DNA of 37,677 nucleotides from a virus (lineage: Duplodnaviria > Heunggongvirae > Uroviricota > Caudoviricetes), in the IMG/VR virus record IMGVR_UViG_2541047910_000002. One strand, 5' to 3'. Shown piece by piece: positions 10,793 through 20,122 of this stretch. The translations under genes were made by a program, and so were the position numbers. The notes under the pieces were generated by a model. That model had not been told where the DNA came from and ran no database searches. It saw only the letters and a list, made by a program, of their open reading frames with translations. Position 1 is the stretch's first letter; each line of letters begins with the position of its first letter.

Positions 10793-11152
10793 GCGGCAAA
10801 ACGGGATGTGGGAACAGGGGAAAATCAGATACCGGATATGGCTTCTTTTGCCAGTGGTGATGGATGGATGAAATTACCCAACGGTAAAATCCTGCAATAT
10901 GGTCGAGGTGCGGTTACGCCGACATTATCGACGCAAACAATGAGAATTACATTCAGCATCCCTTTTCCTAAAAAAGTGGACTGCGCCATGCTTACTCATT
11001 CTGGTGATGGTGGTGCACCTTTAGGTGCTGGACGGGGATTCGTGATGACCGCAGAAGGTCCAACATTAACCGGTTTTAATTCCGCTTACAGAACTGCATC
11101 AACCAGTTCCACAGTATCGATGAATTACAGTTGGTGGGCTGTTGGTGAGTAA
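10781..11152 (+). CDS. alternative tail-fibre C-terminal segment (Sv'-like), silent in this orientation
   Basis: open frame begins at the crossover site with GLGE, the same residues that follow the crossover in H; no independent start; in frame with H constant part after inversion. Confidence 0.6.
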   Translation, partial: GLGEAAKRDVGTGENQIPDMASFASGDGWMKLPNGKILQYGRGAVTPTLSTQTMRITFSIPFPKKVDCAMLTHSGDGGAPLGAGRGFVMTAEGPTLTGFNSAYRTASTSSTVSMNYSWWAVGE

Positions 11153-11172
11153 TTTTATTAAGGGTGATTTAT

Positions 11173-11616
11173 ATGAACGAATATGTTTATAGCGCAAGGC
11201 ATAATGCTTTTTTCCCTGTGGATATGATTGATAAATATAAATCAGAGGGATGGGATTTATCAGATGCTAAAGAGGTGAATCAAAATATTATCAGTGAATT
11301 TATGGCTGAACCGCCACAAGGAAAAATCCGTATTGCCGGAGGTGATGGGCAGCCCGCGTGGGCAGATATTCCTCCACCCACGCATGAAGAACTTATTGAA
11401 ATTACTGAATCAGAAAGACAGCTACTAATTAACCAGGCCAACGAATACATGAACAGTAAGCAATGGCCCGGCAAAGCCGCTATTGGTCGTCTGAAAGGTG
11501 ATGAACTGGCGCAATATAATTTGTGGCTGGATTATCTGGACGCACTGGAGCTGATCGATACTTCCGGTGCGCCAGATATTGAATGGCCTACGCCTCCGGC
11601 AGTTCAGGCCAGATGA
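11173..11616 (+). CDS. tail-fibre assembly chaperone (U'-like), alternative orientation
   Basis: about 147 aa downstream of Sv'; C-terminal ...DYLDALELIDTSGAPDIEWP resembles the C-terminus of the converging 11588-12190 gene (...AVLDYIDAVTATDTSTAPDVIWPELP). Confidence 0.7.
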   Translation: MNEYVYSARHNAFFPVDMIDKYKSEGWDLSDAKEVNQNIISEFMAEPPQGKIRIAGGDGQPAWADIPPPTHEELIEITESERQLLINQANEYMNSKQWPGKAAIGRLKGDELAQYNLWLDYLDALELIDTSGAPDIEWPTPPAVQAR

Positions 11617-12190
11617 CATCCGGCGCGGTGCTGGTATCTGTTGCCGTCACCGCGTCAATGTAATCCAGCACAGCGTTAAGTCTGGTTGTTTCTGCCTGCG
11701 TCAGTTTATGTCCGGCCTGCAATTTCAGTTGAATCAGACTGATGGAAGCCATTGCTGCATCAATCAGTGACTGGCGCTGTGCTTCTGCCGCGTCTACTGC
11801 GGCACCGTGTTGTGCCTCAGTATCTGTCACCCATTTTTCACCATCCCATTTATCGTATGGCGTTAACGGGGCGATAGTGGTTGTTTCTTCGGGGTAATCA
11901 CCCGGAGTTGTGATTTCTTTTGCGTCTCCCGTTTCGGTGTTATAGACGATTTCACCGCGATGGTCTGGCACATATTCCCATGAGTTTAAATCCATCGAAC
12001 GGCAGATAGCATAACCCGCCTTATGTGTGCCAGGGGCATCTAAACAGGAATATGCAGGGATACCGACGCCAACAGCAAGATATTCATTTGAAGTGGAAAT
12101 ATATTCTCGAGTTTCACCATCATAGTTATAGACGGTAATATTCCCTGCTTTGGTGGCGATAATCTCGCTATTTAATATGGCGTTATCCAT
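11588..12190 (-). CDS. G: tail-fibre assembly chaperone (gpG/U-like), expressed orientation
   Basis: 200 aa immediately downstream of H, start overlapping the H stop; C-terminal motif shared with the converging paralogue. Confidence 0.75.
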   Translation of the reverse strand: MDNAILNSEIIATKAGNITVYNYDGETREYISTSNEYLAVGVGIPAYSCLDAPGTHKAGYAICRSMDLNSWEYVPDHRGEIVYNTETGDAKEITTPGDYPEETTTIAPLTPYDKWDGEKWVTDTEAQHGAAVDAAEAQRQSLIDAAMASISLIQLKLQAGHKLTQAETTRLNAVLDYIDAVTATDTSTAPDVIWPELPEA

Positions 12191-13731
12191 TATGCAGCCC
12201 TCACAATATAGTTAAATGCAATATTCCTTGGTCGAACCCTAAAACCAGCCCCTGCGCCTGCTCCAGTTGGTGGCAATTCGATAGAGGGGTATGCTGTTGC
12301 AGAGGAATATAAACCTTCACGGGAATCATAATCAGTCGTCATATAGTTAGACGTATTATCAGAAACAGTTTCTGTCGGTCTGGTAACCAGACGATAAGAG
12401 CCAGTGGTTGGTGACCTGACCAGACCAAAACTTTCAACCAGAGTGGCTTTTTGAAAGCTTAATAATCCCCGACCACTGTCAGCTCCACGCCCGTCATCCC
12501 AGCCACGAATAAACTCACCACGTAAATCAGGCAATTTATTTGTCGGATAAGCCTTTGCCAGTTCCGGGTATTCTTCAGCAGAAAAAGCTGCACCGTTGCA
12601 TTTCAGCCAGCCTGTCGGCGGAATGGCTGAAGGCCATGGAACAGGTACACCAACAGGTAATGCCGAACCTTCTCCCAAACCAAGGTATGTGAGAAGACCA
12701 GCTACATCCTTTCCACTCAAATTAGTCAGCGTATTGTCCAGCGGTTGTTTACCTGCCAGCGCATTAAGCATTGTCGTGGCAAAGTTCGGGTCATTCCCCA
12801 GCGCTGCCGCCAGTTCGTTCAGTGTATCCAGTGCCGCAGGTGCAGAACCCACCATTGCCGCAATCGCCGATTTCACAAATGCCGTGGTGGCAATCTGTGT
12901 ATTGTTGACCGACTGTGCCGCAGTAGGTGCGGTTGGCGTTCCGGTGAGTGCCGGACTCGACAGCGGCGCTTTCAGTGCCAGCGCATTGTTAATGGTGGTA
13001 CTGAATTTCGGATCATTGTTAATGGCTGCGGCTATTTCTTTCAGCGTGTCCAACGTGGCTGGCGCACCATTAATAAGAGCCGTCAGAGCCGCCTGAACAA
13101 ACGCGGTGGTCGCAATCTGCGTGGTGTTATTCCCTGCGGCTGGCGTTGGCGCTTTGGGTGTCCCGGTAAACGTCGGACTTTCTTTGGGTGCATACTGTGA
13201 ATGCGGGTCCGGTGCGGCAAGATGTTTTGCCATCTGATCATCCGCGTACACCTTCAGCTCCAGTGCCTTGTCATCCACATACTTGCGGGTTGCCAGCACT
13301 ACGGCAGGGTCGATTTTCAGGGTGATATTGTCCGTGCTGCTGGTAATCAGCACCATGCGCACGGTCTGAGTGCGCCCGCTACCTTCAGCCAGTTGCGGCT
13401 TATAGCTTTCCGGGCAGTTGCCCACGGCAATCAATGCCCCGGACTCATCAAACAAGCCCACTTCACGTATCCACCAACCGCCCTCGTTTTCAGGGATCAC
13501 CTGTTCGGCAATAATCTGGCTGCTGTTCTGCGGGTCGATATAGAGCATATTCAGCGCAGCCCGGCGTTTCTCATTTACCAGTGCAGTCTGCTTTGAGTCT
13601 GGCGTTGGCAATACTCCGCCGCCATCGCCGACCGCCATATGGGTAATTTTTAGCGGCACACCGAGCGCGGCGGCGCTGGCAAGTTTCGCCGCGCCAATAT
13701 CCGTCAGCAGGGTATAAAATTTTGTGCTCAT
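12190..13731 (-). CDS. H: tail fibre protein H (constant N-terminal part plus variable C-terminal part)
   Basis: 513 aa; N-terminus MSTKFYTLLTDIGAAKLA is P2 gpH-like; contains the second crossover site in frame at codon 350. Confidence 0.85.
   Translation of the reverse strand: MSTKFYTLLTDIGAAKLASAAALGVPLKITHMAVGDGGGVLPTPDSKQTALVNEKRRAALNMLYIDPQNSSQIIAEQVIPENEGGWWIREVGLFDESGALIAVGNCPESYKPQLAEGSGRTQTVRMVLITSSTDNITLKIDPAVVLATRKYVDDKALELKVYADDQMAKHLAAPDPHSQYAPKESPTFTGTPKAPTPAAGNNTTQIATTAFVQAALTALINGAPATLDTLKEIAAAINNDPKFSTTINNALALKAPLSSPALTGTPTAPTAAQSVNNTQIATTAFVKSAIAAMVGSAPAALDTLNELAAALGNDPNFATTMLNALAGKQPLDNTLTNLSGKDVAGLLTYLGLGEGSALPVGVPVPWPSAIPPTGWLKCNGAAFSAEEYPELAKAYPTNKLPDLRGEFIRGWDDGRGADSGRGLLSFQKATLVESFGLVRSPTTGSYRLVTRPTETVSDNTSNYMTTDYDSREGLYSSATAYPSIELPPTGAGAGAGFRVRPRNIAFNYIVRAA
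12670..12695. repeat. invertase crossover site (gix/hix-like) inside H
   Basis: ttctcccaaacc-aa-ggtatgtgagaa; the two half-sites match at 10 of 12 positions; inner 14 bp inverted-identical to 10779-10792. Confidence 0.7.
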
Positions 13732-14333
13732 GGATTCACTCTCATTGTGTCAATAACATGGACCGCCCCGCCTTCATGCGCGGTGCCGCCAGAAATAATT
13801 GTTTCGTTGATATACGGATAGATCGTGATTTCTTCGCCAAGATAGCTGGCGGCCCCCACCCAATGCGGACCGCTGGTCTGCAGATTGATGGACATGCCGA
13901 TCATGTGACGGCTACATGGTTTGGCATCGCTTATCAGCCGCTCAAGTTCCAGATAGGTATCTTCAGTGATGCCCTGGTCCTGCACGCCGATATCCAGACG
14001 AAACGTGCCCGGTGCCTCTCCGGTCTGCCACCACTCAATAATGCGGATTAGAAAGCCGAACGGCTCCACCACCCGCCGCACGGCACTGGTGGTCCCTTTA
14101 TGCTGATGAATATAAAAAGCATCCTTCACCACCTGGCGCTTGACGCTTTCTGTCCAGCCTTCGTCCCAGCGATCCACAGAGAACGCCCAGGCGAGATAAG
14201 GCAGGAAGCTGACCGGGCAGGTAGCCGGATTCCACAAGTCACGCAGCGGCACCTGCAGATCAGAAATCCCGCTACAGGTCTGCGCCAGTCGGCGCTCCAG
14301 TGAAGTTGACCCCGATGGCAGCAGACTATTCAT
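13728..14333 (-). CDS. I: baseplate assembly protein I
   Basis: 201 aa; recognised as P2 gpI-like; overlaps H start. Confidence 0.8.
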   Translation of the reverse strand: MNSLLPSGSTSLERRLAQTCSGISDLQVPLRDLWNPATCPVSFLPYLAWAFSVDRWDEGWTESVKRQVVKDAFYIHQHKGTTSAVRRVVEPFGFLIRIIEWWQTGEAPGTFRLDIGVQDQGITEDTYLELERLISDAKPCSRHMIGMSINLQTSGPHWVGAASYLGEEITIYPYINETIISGGTAHEGGAVHVIDTMRVNP

Positions 14334-15234
14334 CCGTTCCCCCGTTGGTCACGCTCCACTCCGTACATGATGCCGCCTGCGTTTTGTCCAAAACCACATC
14401 CGCCAGCGGCGAAGCCAGCTCCACACGCTGCACACCCTCAACATGCAGGGCGGCAAAGATGGCGCTACGGCGAATATCCCGACCAAGCCGCGTCTGACTG
14501 GCGATGTACTTCTGCAGGCTGGCTTTTGCCGCTGCCATTACCGGCTCTGCTTCCGGCCCCGGATAGAGAAAAATGGTGGCTTCCACGCGGTACGGTATGA
14601 TTTCTGCGCTGCGAACCGTCAGACGGTCAGCCACCGGGCGGACGTTCTCACTGTTCAGGGCGTTCTCCACCACATCCAGCAGGTCTTTTTCTGCTGTTCC
14701 GTCGCCTTCGCGGCTAAGGACAGTCAGTACCACCTCTGCAGGTGCCGGGCTGGTTGCACTGGCATCCGCCACCCGACCGTCGGCGCTTCGGGCATGAAAT
14801 TCATAAGCTGCGGTTGGCCCCGCAACCGAAAGCCCTTCAAAAGCCGCAGGCACACGCAGGCGTAACGCTTCATCGCTTTCCATCACAGCCGCAACGGGTG
14901 GCACAGCGTCATTATCAGCAGGCGTCACCGTCAGGCGTTTCACGTTGTAGTTGGCAGCGAGCTGGTCAAGATCGCCGCCCATCGCGTAAGCCACCATCAC
15001 AGCATGCGCGGCTTCGTTAATGCGCTGGCGCAGAAGCAACTCACGGTAAGCATTCTCCTGCAACAATTTGGTAACGGGTTCAGATTCCAGTTCCAGCGTG
15101 CGGATCACTGCTTCCTGCTCATCTTTCGGATGAAGCGCCACAAATTCGGCCTTGCGTTCGGCAAGCAGCGTCTCAAAGTCCGGCACATCCACAATCTGCG
15201 GCGCAGGCAACTGCGAAAGGTCAATCACTGCCAT
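14326..15234 (-). CDS. J: baseplate protein J
   Basis: start set at MAVIDLSQLPAP, matching the P2 gpJ N-terminus from memory; C-terminus ...TEWSVTNGGTDE. Confidence 0.85.
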   Translation of the reverse strand: MAVIDLSQLPAPQIVDVPDFETLLAERKAEFVALHPKDEQEAVIRTLELESEPVTKLLQENAYRELLLRQRINEAAHAVMVAYAMGGDLDQLAANYNVKRLTVTPADNDAVPPVAAVMESDEALRLRVPAAFEGLSVAGPTAAYEFHARSADGRVADASATSPAPAEVVLTVLSREGDGTAEKDLLDVVENALNSENVRPVADRLTVRSAEIIPYRVEATIFLYPGPEAEPVMAAAKASLQKYIASQTRLGRDIRRSAIFAALHVEGVQRVELASPLADVVLDKTQAASCTEWSVTNGGTDE

Positions 15235-15580
15235 TCTCTGCTCCTGTTGATACGGAAAGGGAAACAGGCACACCGTTATTACGCCGCCCGGTCAGCTCCA
15301 CCACCATTGAACCGTCAAAATTGCTGTTAATGGTGATGGAATCCAGCGTCAGCCGTGGCTCCCAGCGACTCAGCGCCACATACACTGCCGACATGACCTG
15401 CAGGCGTAATGCCGGATTTTGTGGCTGGTCTATCAGTGCCGACAGCAGGGAACCATATTCCCGACGGGCAATACGGCTACCCTGCGGTGTCAGCAGAATG
15501 TCCCGAACCGACTGGCGCAGATGGTCAATATCAGTAATGGCTTTGCCGCTGGTATTGTTCATCCCGCTATAAAGCGTCAT
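15221..15580 (-). CDS. W: baseplate wedge protein W
   Basis: 119 aa, overlaps J start and V stop; position and size match P2 gpW. Confidence 0.8.
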   Translation of the reverse strand: MTLYSGMNNTSGKAITDIDHLRQSVRDILLTPQGSRIARREYGSLLSALIDQPQNPALRLQVMSAVYVALSRWEPRLTLDSITINSNFDGSMVVELTGRRNNGVPVSLSVSTGAENGSD

Positions 15581-16155
15581 ACCGGACCTCCGGTTGTGTC
15601 GCCGCCTTTCAGGACGCCAGTATGCTGATGCGCATCAACCACAATCCCGTTAGAATTCATCGCTCCGCCGCCCTGGGTAACGCCACCATTGATCACCACT
15701 TCGCTGTTAATGCGCGTGCGGTCAGCCTCCAGTACAAACTCACTGGTTTTCATGGTGATGTTGTCGACAGCCTCAATGACCATGGATTTGATGCCCCTGA
15801 CATACCAGCGCCCGGTGGCGGGTTCGTATTCAAACCAGCCACCGTCAGGATGTTCTGTCACGCAGGCGTCCGCCGACGTCGACGGTGGTGCGAACTGATT
15901 CGAATAGATGGCGGGCAGCGCAAAAGCTGTTTCCAGATTACCGCCCAGACTCAGCAGCACCACCTGCTCACCTTCCGATGGTCGCCACCATGTCCGGGCA
16001 TTCCCGGCACGCAGCGTCAGCCAGCTAATCCAGTTGGTTTCAAGCTCGCCTGTTTTCACCCGGCAAAGCCAGTTTTCCCGGTCCACTTCGGTGACTACAC
16101 CTGTGCGGATCAGGTTGGTGATAAGGCGCATGATTTCGGTTAATTGTGCGTTCAT
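15577..16155 (-). CDS. V: baseplate spike/assembly protein V
   Basis: 192 aa; recognised as P2 gpV-like. Confidence 0.8.
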   Translation of the reverse strand: MNAQLTEIMRLITNLIRTGVVTEVDRENWLCRVKTGELETNWISWLTLRAGNARTWWRPSEGEQVVLLSLGGNLETAFALPAIYSNQFAPPSTSADACVTEHPDGGWFEYEPATGRWYVRGIKSMVIEAVDNITMKTSEFVLEADRTRINSEVVINGGVTQGGGAMNSNGIVVDAHQHTGVLKGGDTTGGPV

Positions 16156-16201
16156 AGGGAAAGGTTGCCATCAGGGGAAGAAAGGCGGCAGTGCTGCAAC
16201 T

Positions 16202-16219
16202 TGTATCAGTGCTGGTACA
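16202..16219. promoter_or_regulatory. late promoter activator dyad TGT-N12-ACA (P_V-like)
   Basis: TGTatcagtgctggtACA in the S-V intergenic region, centre about 55 bp upstream of the V start codon. Confidence 0.45.
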
Positions 16220-16223
16220 AAAA

Positions 16224-16670
16224 TCACCCCGCCAACCATTGCAGAATCATGTCGCGGGTCATTGCCTCAACATCATCATTTACGCCCAGAAGGCGACGCT
16301 CTGCGTAACGGACCTCCGGTCCTTTGCGGCTGACGCGATCACGCAGGCCATAATGGTGAACGCGGGCAATGCGCTGCACCTTACCTTCAAACTGCACGCT
16401 GGCAGAATCCTCGCTGGCGGCGGTTTTCAGGTATTTTGTGGTGCGAAGTTTTGTAAACATCTGCCGTTTGATACGGCCTTTTTTACTGCGTGCTGTTACT
16501 CGCCTCGGTTCATAGCTGCTGCCATCAGGATTGAGTTGAATCCTGATGTTCTGCTGCTGTGTCCGGCGCAGTTCCTGCGCCAGCTGGCGCATCATGCGGC
16601 TTCTGGCGGCTGGTTCCAGATTCGCCAGCAAGGCACTCAGCCAGTCGTCCACTTTCTGCAGTTCAGCCAC
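16224..16670 (-). CDS. S: tail completion protein S
   Basis: 148 aa, P2 gene order R-S-V. Confidence 0.75.
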   Translation of the reverse strand: MAELQKVDDWLSALLANLEPAARSRMMRQLAQELRRTQQQNIRIQLNPDGSSYEPRRVTARSKKGRIKRQMFTKLRTTKYLKTAASEDSASVQFEGKVQRIARVHHYGLRDRVSRKGPEVRYAERRLLGVNDDVEAMTRDMILQWLAG

Positions 16671-17115
16671 GTTTCACCGTCCACATTTCTTCAGGTTCAT
16701 CAGGTTCCGCTATAGCTTCAACGCTCGACACACTACCGTCAGTGCTGACCAGCACACGCTCCGTCAGTTGCAGGTTCAGGCTGATATCACAGACATCGTT
16801 GCGCAGAATATCCACCTCAAAGGTGAATAGTTTTTTCCGTAACGCCGGGTTATTGATGGCATCGGGCTGGTTATCCCTCAGCCACAGCAAAACCGGGGCC
16901 ATCAGCAGATTCTGGTCGCCGCTGAAATCCTCAATCACCGCGTTCAGGGTGTAACGGTACTCCCACGACATAGAGCTGGCCCCCGTGGCAACCAGCGAAC
17001 CGTTATCCACAAACAGATGCAGTTTGTCCGGGTTATTGCGGACATAAGGCACCGCTTTATTGAGGGCGTGGCGCAGGGATTGTGGTTTGTTCACTGTTTC
17101 GCTCCTGACACGCAA
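16663..17115 (-). CDS. R: tail completion protein R
   Basis: 150 aa, overlaps S start. Confidence 0.75.
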   Translation of the reverse strand: MRVRSETVNKPQSLRHALNKAVPYVRNNPDKLHLFVDNGSLVATGASSMSWEYRYTLNAVIEDFSGDQNLLMAPVLLWLRDNQPDAINNPALRKKLFTFEVDILRNDVCDISLNLQLTERVLVSTDGSVSSVEAIAEPDEPEEMWTVKRG

Positions 17116-17347
17116 TAATCATGTCCACTTTGTCTGCACAGACCGCCCAGGCGGCCTCCGTTTCATCCAGCAACGCGTTCAGATCACCATTAGTGCGCGG
17201 CGTTGCCTGATCCAGCCGACACGGCGTCACTCGCGGACAACCACTGACGGTAAGCTGCACCTCCGGTGAGTGCCGGACGTTCCCGCAGCCGGATAATGTC
17301 AGCAGGCAAAGGAGTATCAGCCCAGCGGCGTAAATCCTCGTTCTCAC
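17057..17347 (-). CDS. lysC: o-spanin lipoprotein LysC (Rz1-like), embedded across lysB and R
   Basis: 96-aa ORF in an alternative frame with lipobox LLTLSGC and a Pro-rich tail. Confidence 0.6.
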   Translation of the reverse strand: MRTRIYAAGLILLCLLTLSGCGNVRHSPEVQLTVSGCPRVTPCRLDQATPRTNGDLNALLDETEAAWAVCADKVDMIIACQERNSEQTTIPAPRPQ

Positions 17348-17618
17348 GTTTCAGTTCCTCCATCCGGCGTTGTCGTTGTCTCAGCAGTGCGCTGGTCTGT
17401 TCTGCGTCGGCATAGAGCCGCGCCTGCTCCCGGTTATTGGTTTCAGTCAGAATGGACAGGCTGATAAGCTGGCTGTTGCTCTTTGCCAGTGCCTGGCTTT
17501 GGCGCTGCAGCTCGTCTGCCTGCGTGCTGATGGTCTGGCTGGCATCAGCCAGCCGCCACGTCTGCCAGCCCAGCGCCGCCAGTAATAACGCCAGCACAAC
17601 CAGCAGCAACCGGTTCAT
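17190..17618 (-). CDS. lysB: i-spanin LysB (Rz-like)
   Basis: 142 aa, N-terminal TM then charged coiled-coil (ELQRQSQALAK...). Confidence 0.75.
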   Translation of the reverse strand: MNRLLLVVLALLLAALGWQTWRLADASQTISTQADELQRQSQALAKSNSQLISLSILTETNNREQARLYADAEQTSALLRQRQRRMEELKRENEDLRRWADTPLPADIIRLRERPALTGGAAYRQWLSASDAVSAGSGNAAH

Positions 17619-17992
17619 GCTGCTACCTGTTGCGCCATCTGATTACGGGTGATCCAGAAGGCAATAACGGTCAGCAGATAAAAGACCAGGGTAATAGCCC
17701 ACCCCGTCCAGGCGAGACTTACGACAATCAGCAATCGCATCACCCAGCTGATAAATACGTTTTCTTTTCGGGTAATTGTCTTCAGCAAAGATGCCCTCAA
17801 CTCCTGCCAGAGCGAGCCATTCTTAATTAACGCAGCCAGTGCTACCGGAATTACCACCCATGTCAGCAGACAGGCTACCCAGACACCAGATGCTGCCAGT
17901 ACCGGAAAAATCCCCTGCGGATACACCATTGCTGCGATTAACAGCGCCATCCATAACATCAGAAACAGTCCGCTGATTAATTTCTTTTTCAT
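17615..17992 (-). CDS. lysA: lysis regulatory membrane protein LysA
   Basis: polytopic small membrane protein; start placed at MKKKLIS just after the K stop; ORF track extends further 5'. Confidence 0.65.
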   Translation of the reverse strand: MKKKLISGLFLMLWMALLIAAMVYPQGIFPVLAASGVWVACLLTWVVIPVALAALIKNGSLWQELRASLLKTITRKENVFISWVMRLLIVVSLAWTGWAITLVFYLLTVIAFWITRNQMAQQVAA

Positions 17993-17993
17993 T

Positions 17994-18506
17994 TCAGTTT
18001 GCTCCCTGTAAACACCAGGCCATCTCCCGCGCACGGCGGTTATCCAGCCCCTGATTAAACACACCTTTTACATAAACCCAGCGCGGCAACTGTCGGCACG
18101 CATCCGCCCAGCGCCGCTGATTGAGTAATTTCACCAGCGTGGAACTGCAGGCATTGCCCGTTCCCACGTTGAAGGCAAACGACACCACCGCGTCATACAC
18201 CTTCTGCGGCGGCTGTTGCTTCACACACCTTTCCAGCGCCCGCTCCACACGCAGCACGTTGGAGATCAGCCCTTCCGCTGCCTGTCGCTCCGTAATGGTT
18301 TTGCCGGGAATGACGCCCGACGTATTACCAATGCCGTCGGTCCAGACACCCGCGCTGCACTGATACGGCTGCAGACGACAGCCTTCGTAATCGGCAATCA
18401 GTTTCAGCCCCTCCACGGAGGTGTGAAGCTGCTGAAAACCCGGCAGCGTGGCAGCAATAGCCAGCACGGTCCCGACAAGGCAGCGTTTAACGATTGATGG
18501 ATTCAT
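17994..18506 (-). CDS. K: endolysin (lysozyme-like) K
   Basis: 170 aa, between holin and lysA as in P2. Confidence 0.8.
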   Translation of the reverse strand: MNPSIVKRCLVGTVLAIAATLPGFQQLHTSVEGLKLIADYEGCRLQPYQCSAGVWTDGIGNTSGVIPGKTITERQAAEGLISNVLRVERALERCVKQQPPQKVYDAVVSFAFNVGTGNACSSTLVKLLNQRRWADACRQLPRWVYVKGVFNQGLDNRRAREMAWCLQGAN

Positions 18507-18702
18507 AGTCCTCCCGCGTGATCTGCCCGTCGCGCAGAAGCTGGTAGGCTTTGTGTTTGTAGTACCAGTTGATAGCCAGCATCAGCACACCGATCATCAG
18601 GCCGCCCAGCGTTGAGGCATCCTTGATGGACAAATCGCCCAGCCAGGCCAGCACGACGGCGATGCAATACGTGATAAAGGCGCTGATTCGCTCAAGCGTC
18701 AT
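18487..18702 (-). CDS. Y: holin Y
   Basis: 71-aa protein with two hydrophobic helices and a charged C-terminus, immediately upstream of the endolysin. Confidence 0.7.
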   Translation of the reverse strand: MTLERISAFITYCIAVVLAWLGDLSIKDASTLGGLMIGVLMLAINWYYKHKAYQLLRDGQITREDYESINR

Positions 18703-18705
18703 AAT

Positions 18706-18909
18706 TCAGTCCCATAGCTGGACGGTCTGCACGGTGGTGGTGGTCGGAATGTCCGGCAGCTCCACCTGCAGCCCGTGAGGTAAAAAGGGGCCGTATTCGG
18801 CAAGCCCCGGATTTGCCTTCAGTACCTGCTCCGTGACACCCTGCGTGCGCCCGTAATGACGCCAGCAAAGCGCGTCCACCGTGTCATACTGATGCGCACG
18901 CACTTTCAT
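18706..18909 (-). CDS. X: tail protein X
   Basis: 67 aa, same length and position as P2 gpX. Confidence 0.8.
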   Translation of the reverse strand: MKVRAHQYDTVDALCWRHYGRTQGVTEQVLKANPGLAEYGPFLPHGLQVELPDIPTTTTVQTVQLWD

Positions 18910-19373
18910 CAGATAAGCTCCACTGTGCAGTGCGGCGCGTCCTGCACCCGGCTGATGGCCCAGCGGGCGTCACGCCATAAATCACCGCTGGCTTCCGCCA
19001 GTTCCTCGCCCCGCTTCACACCGGATGCCGTGGCGTCATAGTCCTGGTAACGTTCGTTGAGCATGGCGCGTGCCCAGCAGTAAACCGCGTTGAAATAGTG
19101 CTGAATGCGCTCACTTTTCCCGTCCAGCTGTTCTGCAGGAACCTCTGCCAGCGAGACATATCCCAGCATCTGCTGGCGTCTGCGAAACTCATACAGCTCT
19201 GCGTTGACCTCCGAAATTGCCGACAGCGCAACCTGCTTTAAACGCGGCTGCGTCACCGTGCCGTCAGTGCGCATCACGCTGCGAAACTCCGACAGGTCCA
19301 CATCAGGCCAGAACGGCGTATTTCTGATGATTTCCGCCTGTTCCGGTGCCTGTTCTGGCGCAACAAACTTCAT
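18909..19373 (-). CDS. L: head completion protein L
   Basis: start placed at MKFVAPEQ with AGGAGG 7 nt upstream; C-terminal ...LWRDARWAISRVQ matches P2 gpL from memory. Confidence 0.8.
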   Translation of the reverse strand: MKFVAPEQAPEQAEIIRNTPFWPDVDLSEFRSVMRTDGTVTQPRLKQVALSAISEVNAELYEFRRRQQMLGYVSLAEVPAEQLDGKSERIQHYFNAVYCWARAMLNERYQDYDATASGVKRGEELAEASGDLWRDARWAISRVQDAPHCTVELI

Positions 19374-19468
19374 GCTGCTTCCTCCTGAAATAGAGGGCGG
19401 TGGACGGGGTTTTGATGTGGCTATGCCTTTCGCCACCCCGTGCCGCCCGTGCGCGGGGGCACGTTCTG

Positions 19469-20119
19469 TCAGCGGCTGTCATTGCGCAGTCTGCGCTCCA
19501 GCTGCTGTTTGTCTTTTTTCACGCCACAGCGGGGATCGAGCTGTAACGCATGGTTGAGATGATTAAGGGCGGAAGCCGGATTGCTTTCACTCAGGACAGC
19601 GCCAATCGCTTTATGCAGACGCGCCCGTGACTGGTCCGGCATATCCAGACCGTCTGTCAGCTCCAGTGTCTGCAGCAACAGATCGGCATCAAAGCCGATG
19701 GCGGCAAGCATTGCGCTCTGCGCGGCGTCTGCCATTTCCTCTGCCAGCACGGTCTGCACGTTGCGGTTACCCAGCGGCATCACCCAGCCATGACGCAGGG
19801 CATGACGCCCGATCTCCAGCGCCCCGGCATAATCTCCGGCATCAATGCGCCACAGCATCACGTACATCAGCACGTCATCCTGTTGAGCGCCTCCGGCAGC
19901 CAGGACACCCTCCGCCCAGGCAGCGTACTTCGGCAGCAGCTCCACCTTGATTTCCGCTTTTTTGACCGTGGACTGAACGCCCTTGAGACGGCGGCGGTCT
20001 TCCGCCAGTTGCAGCAGCATCAGGTCATAGCCCGACGCGTGGCGAACGCTGCCGCCCTCGCGGGCGGCCTGTTCAGCCTGAACGCGCAGGCGATGCTGCC
20101 GTGCGGGACTCAGGCTCAT
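19469..20119 (-). CDS. M: terminase endonuclease (small) subunit M
   Basis: 216 aa; recognised as P2 gpM-like (GAQDDVLMYVMLWRIDAGDYAGALEI). Confidence 0.85.
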   Translation of the reverse strand: MSLSPARQHRLRVQAEQAAREGGSVRHASGYDLMLLQLAEDRRRLKGVQSTVKKAEIKVELLPKYAAWAEGVLAAGGAQQDDVLMYVMLWRIDAGDYAGALEIGRHALRHGWVMPLGNRNVQTVLAEEMADAAQSAMLAAIGFDADLLLQTLELTDGLDMPDQSRARLHKAIGAVLSESNPASALNHLNHALQLDPRCGVKKDKQQLERRLRNDSR

Positions 20120-20122
20120 GGT

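Noticed and set aside
10739-11152. 137-aa ORF called as an independent gene starting at ATG 10739
   Set aside because: the frame is continuous across the invertase crossover site and begins its homologous sequence (GLGE) exactly at the site; better explained as the silent alternative C-terminus of tail fibre H
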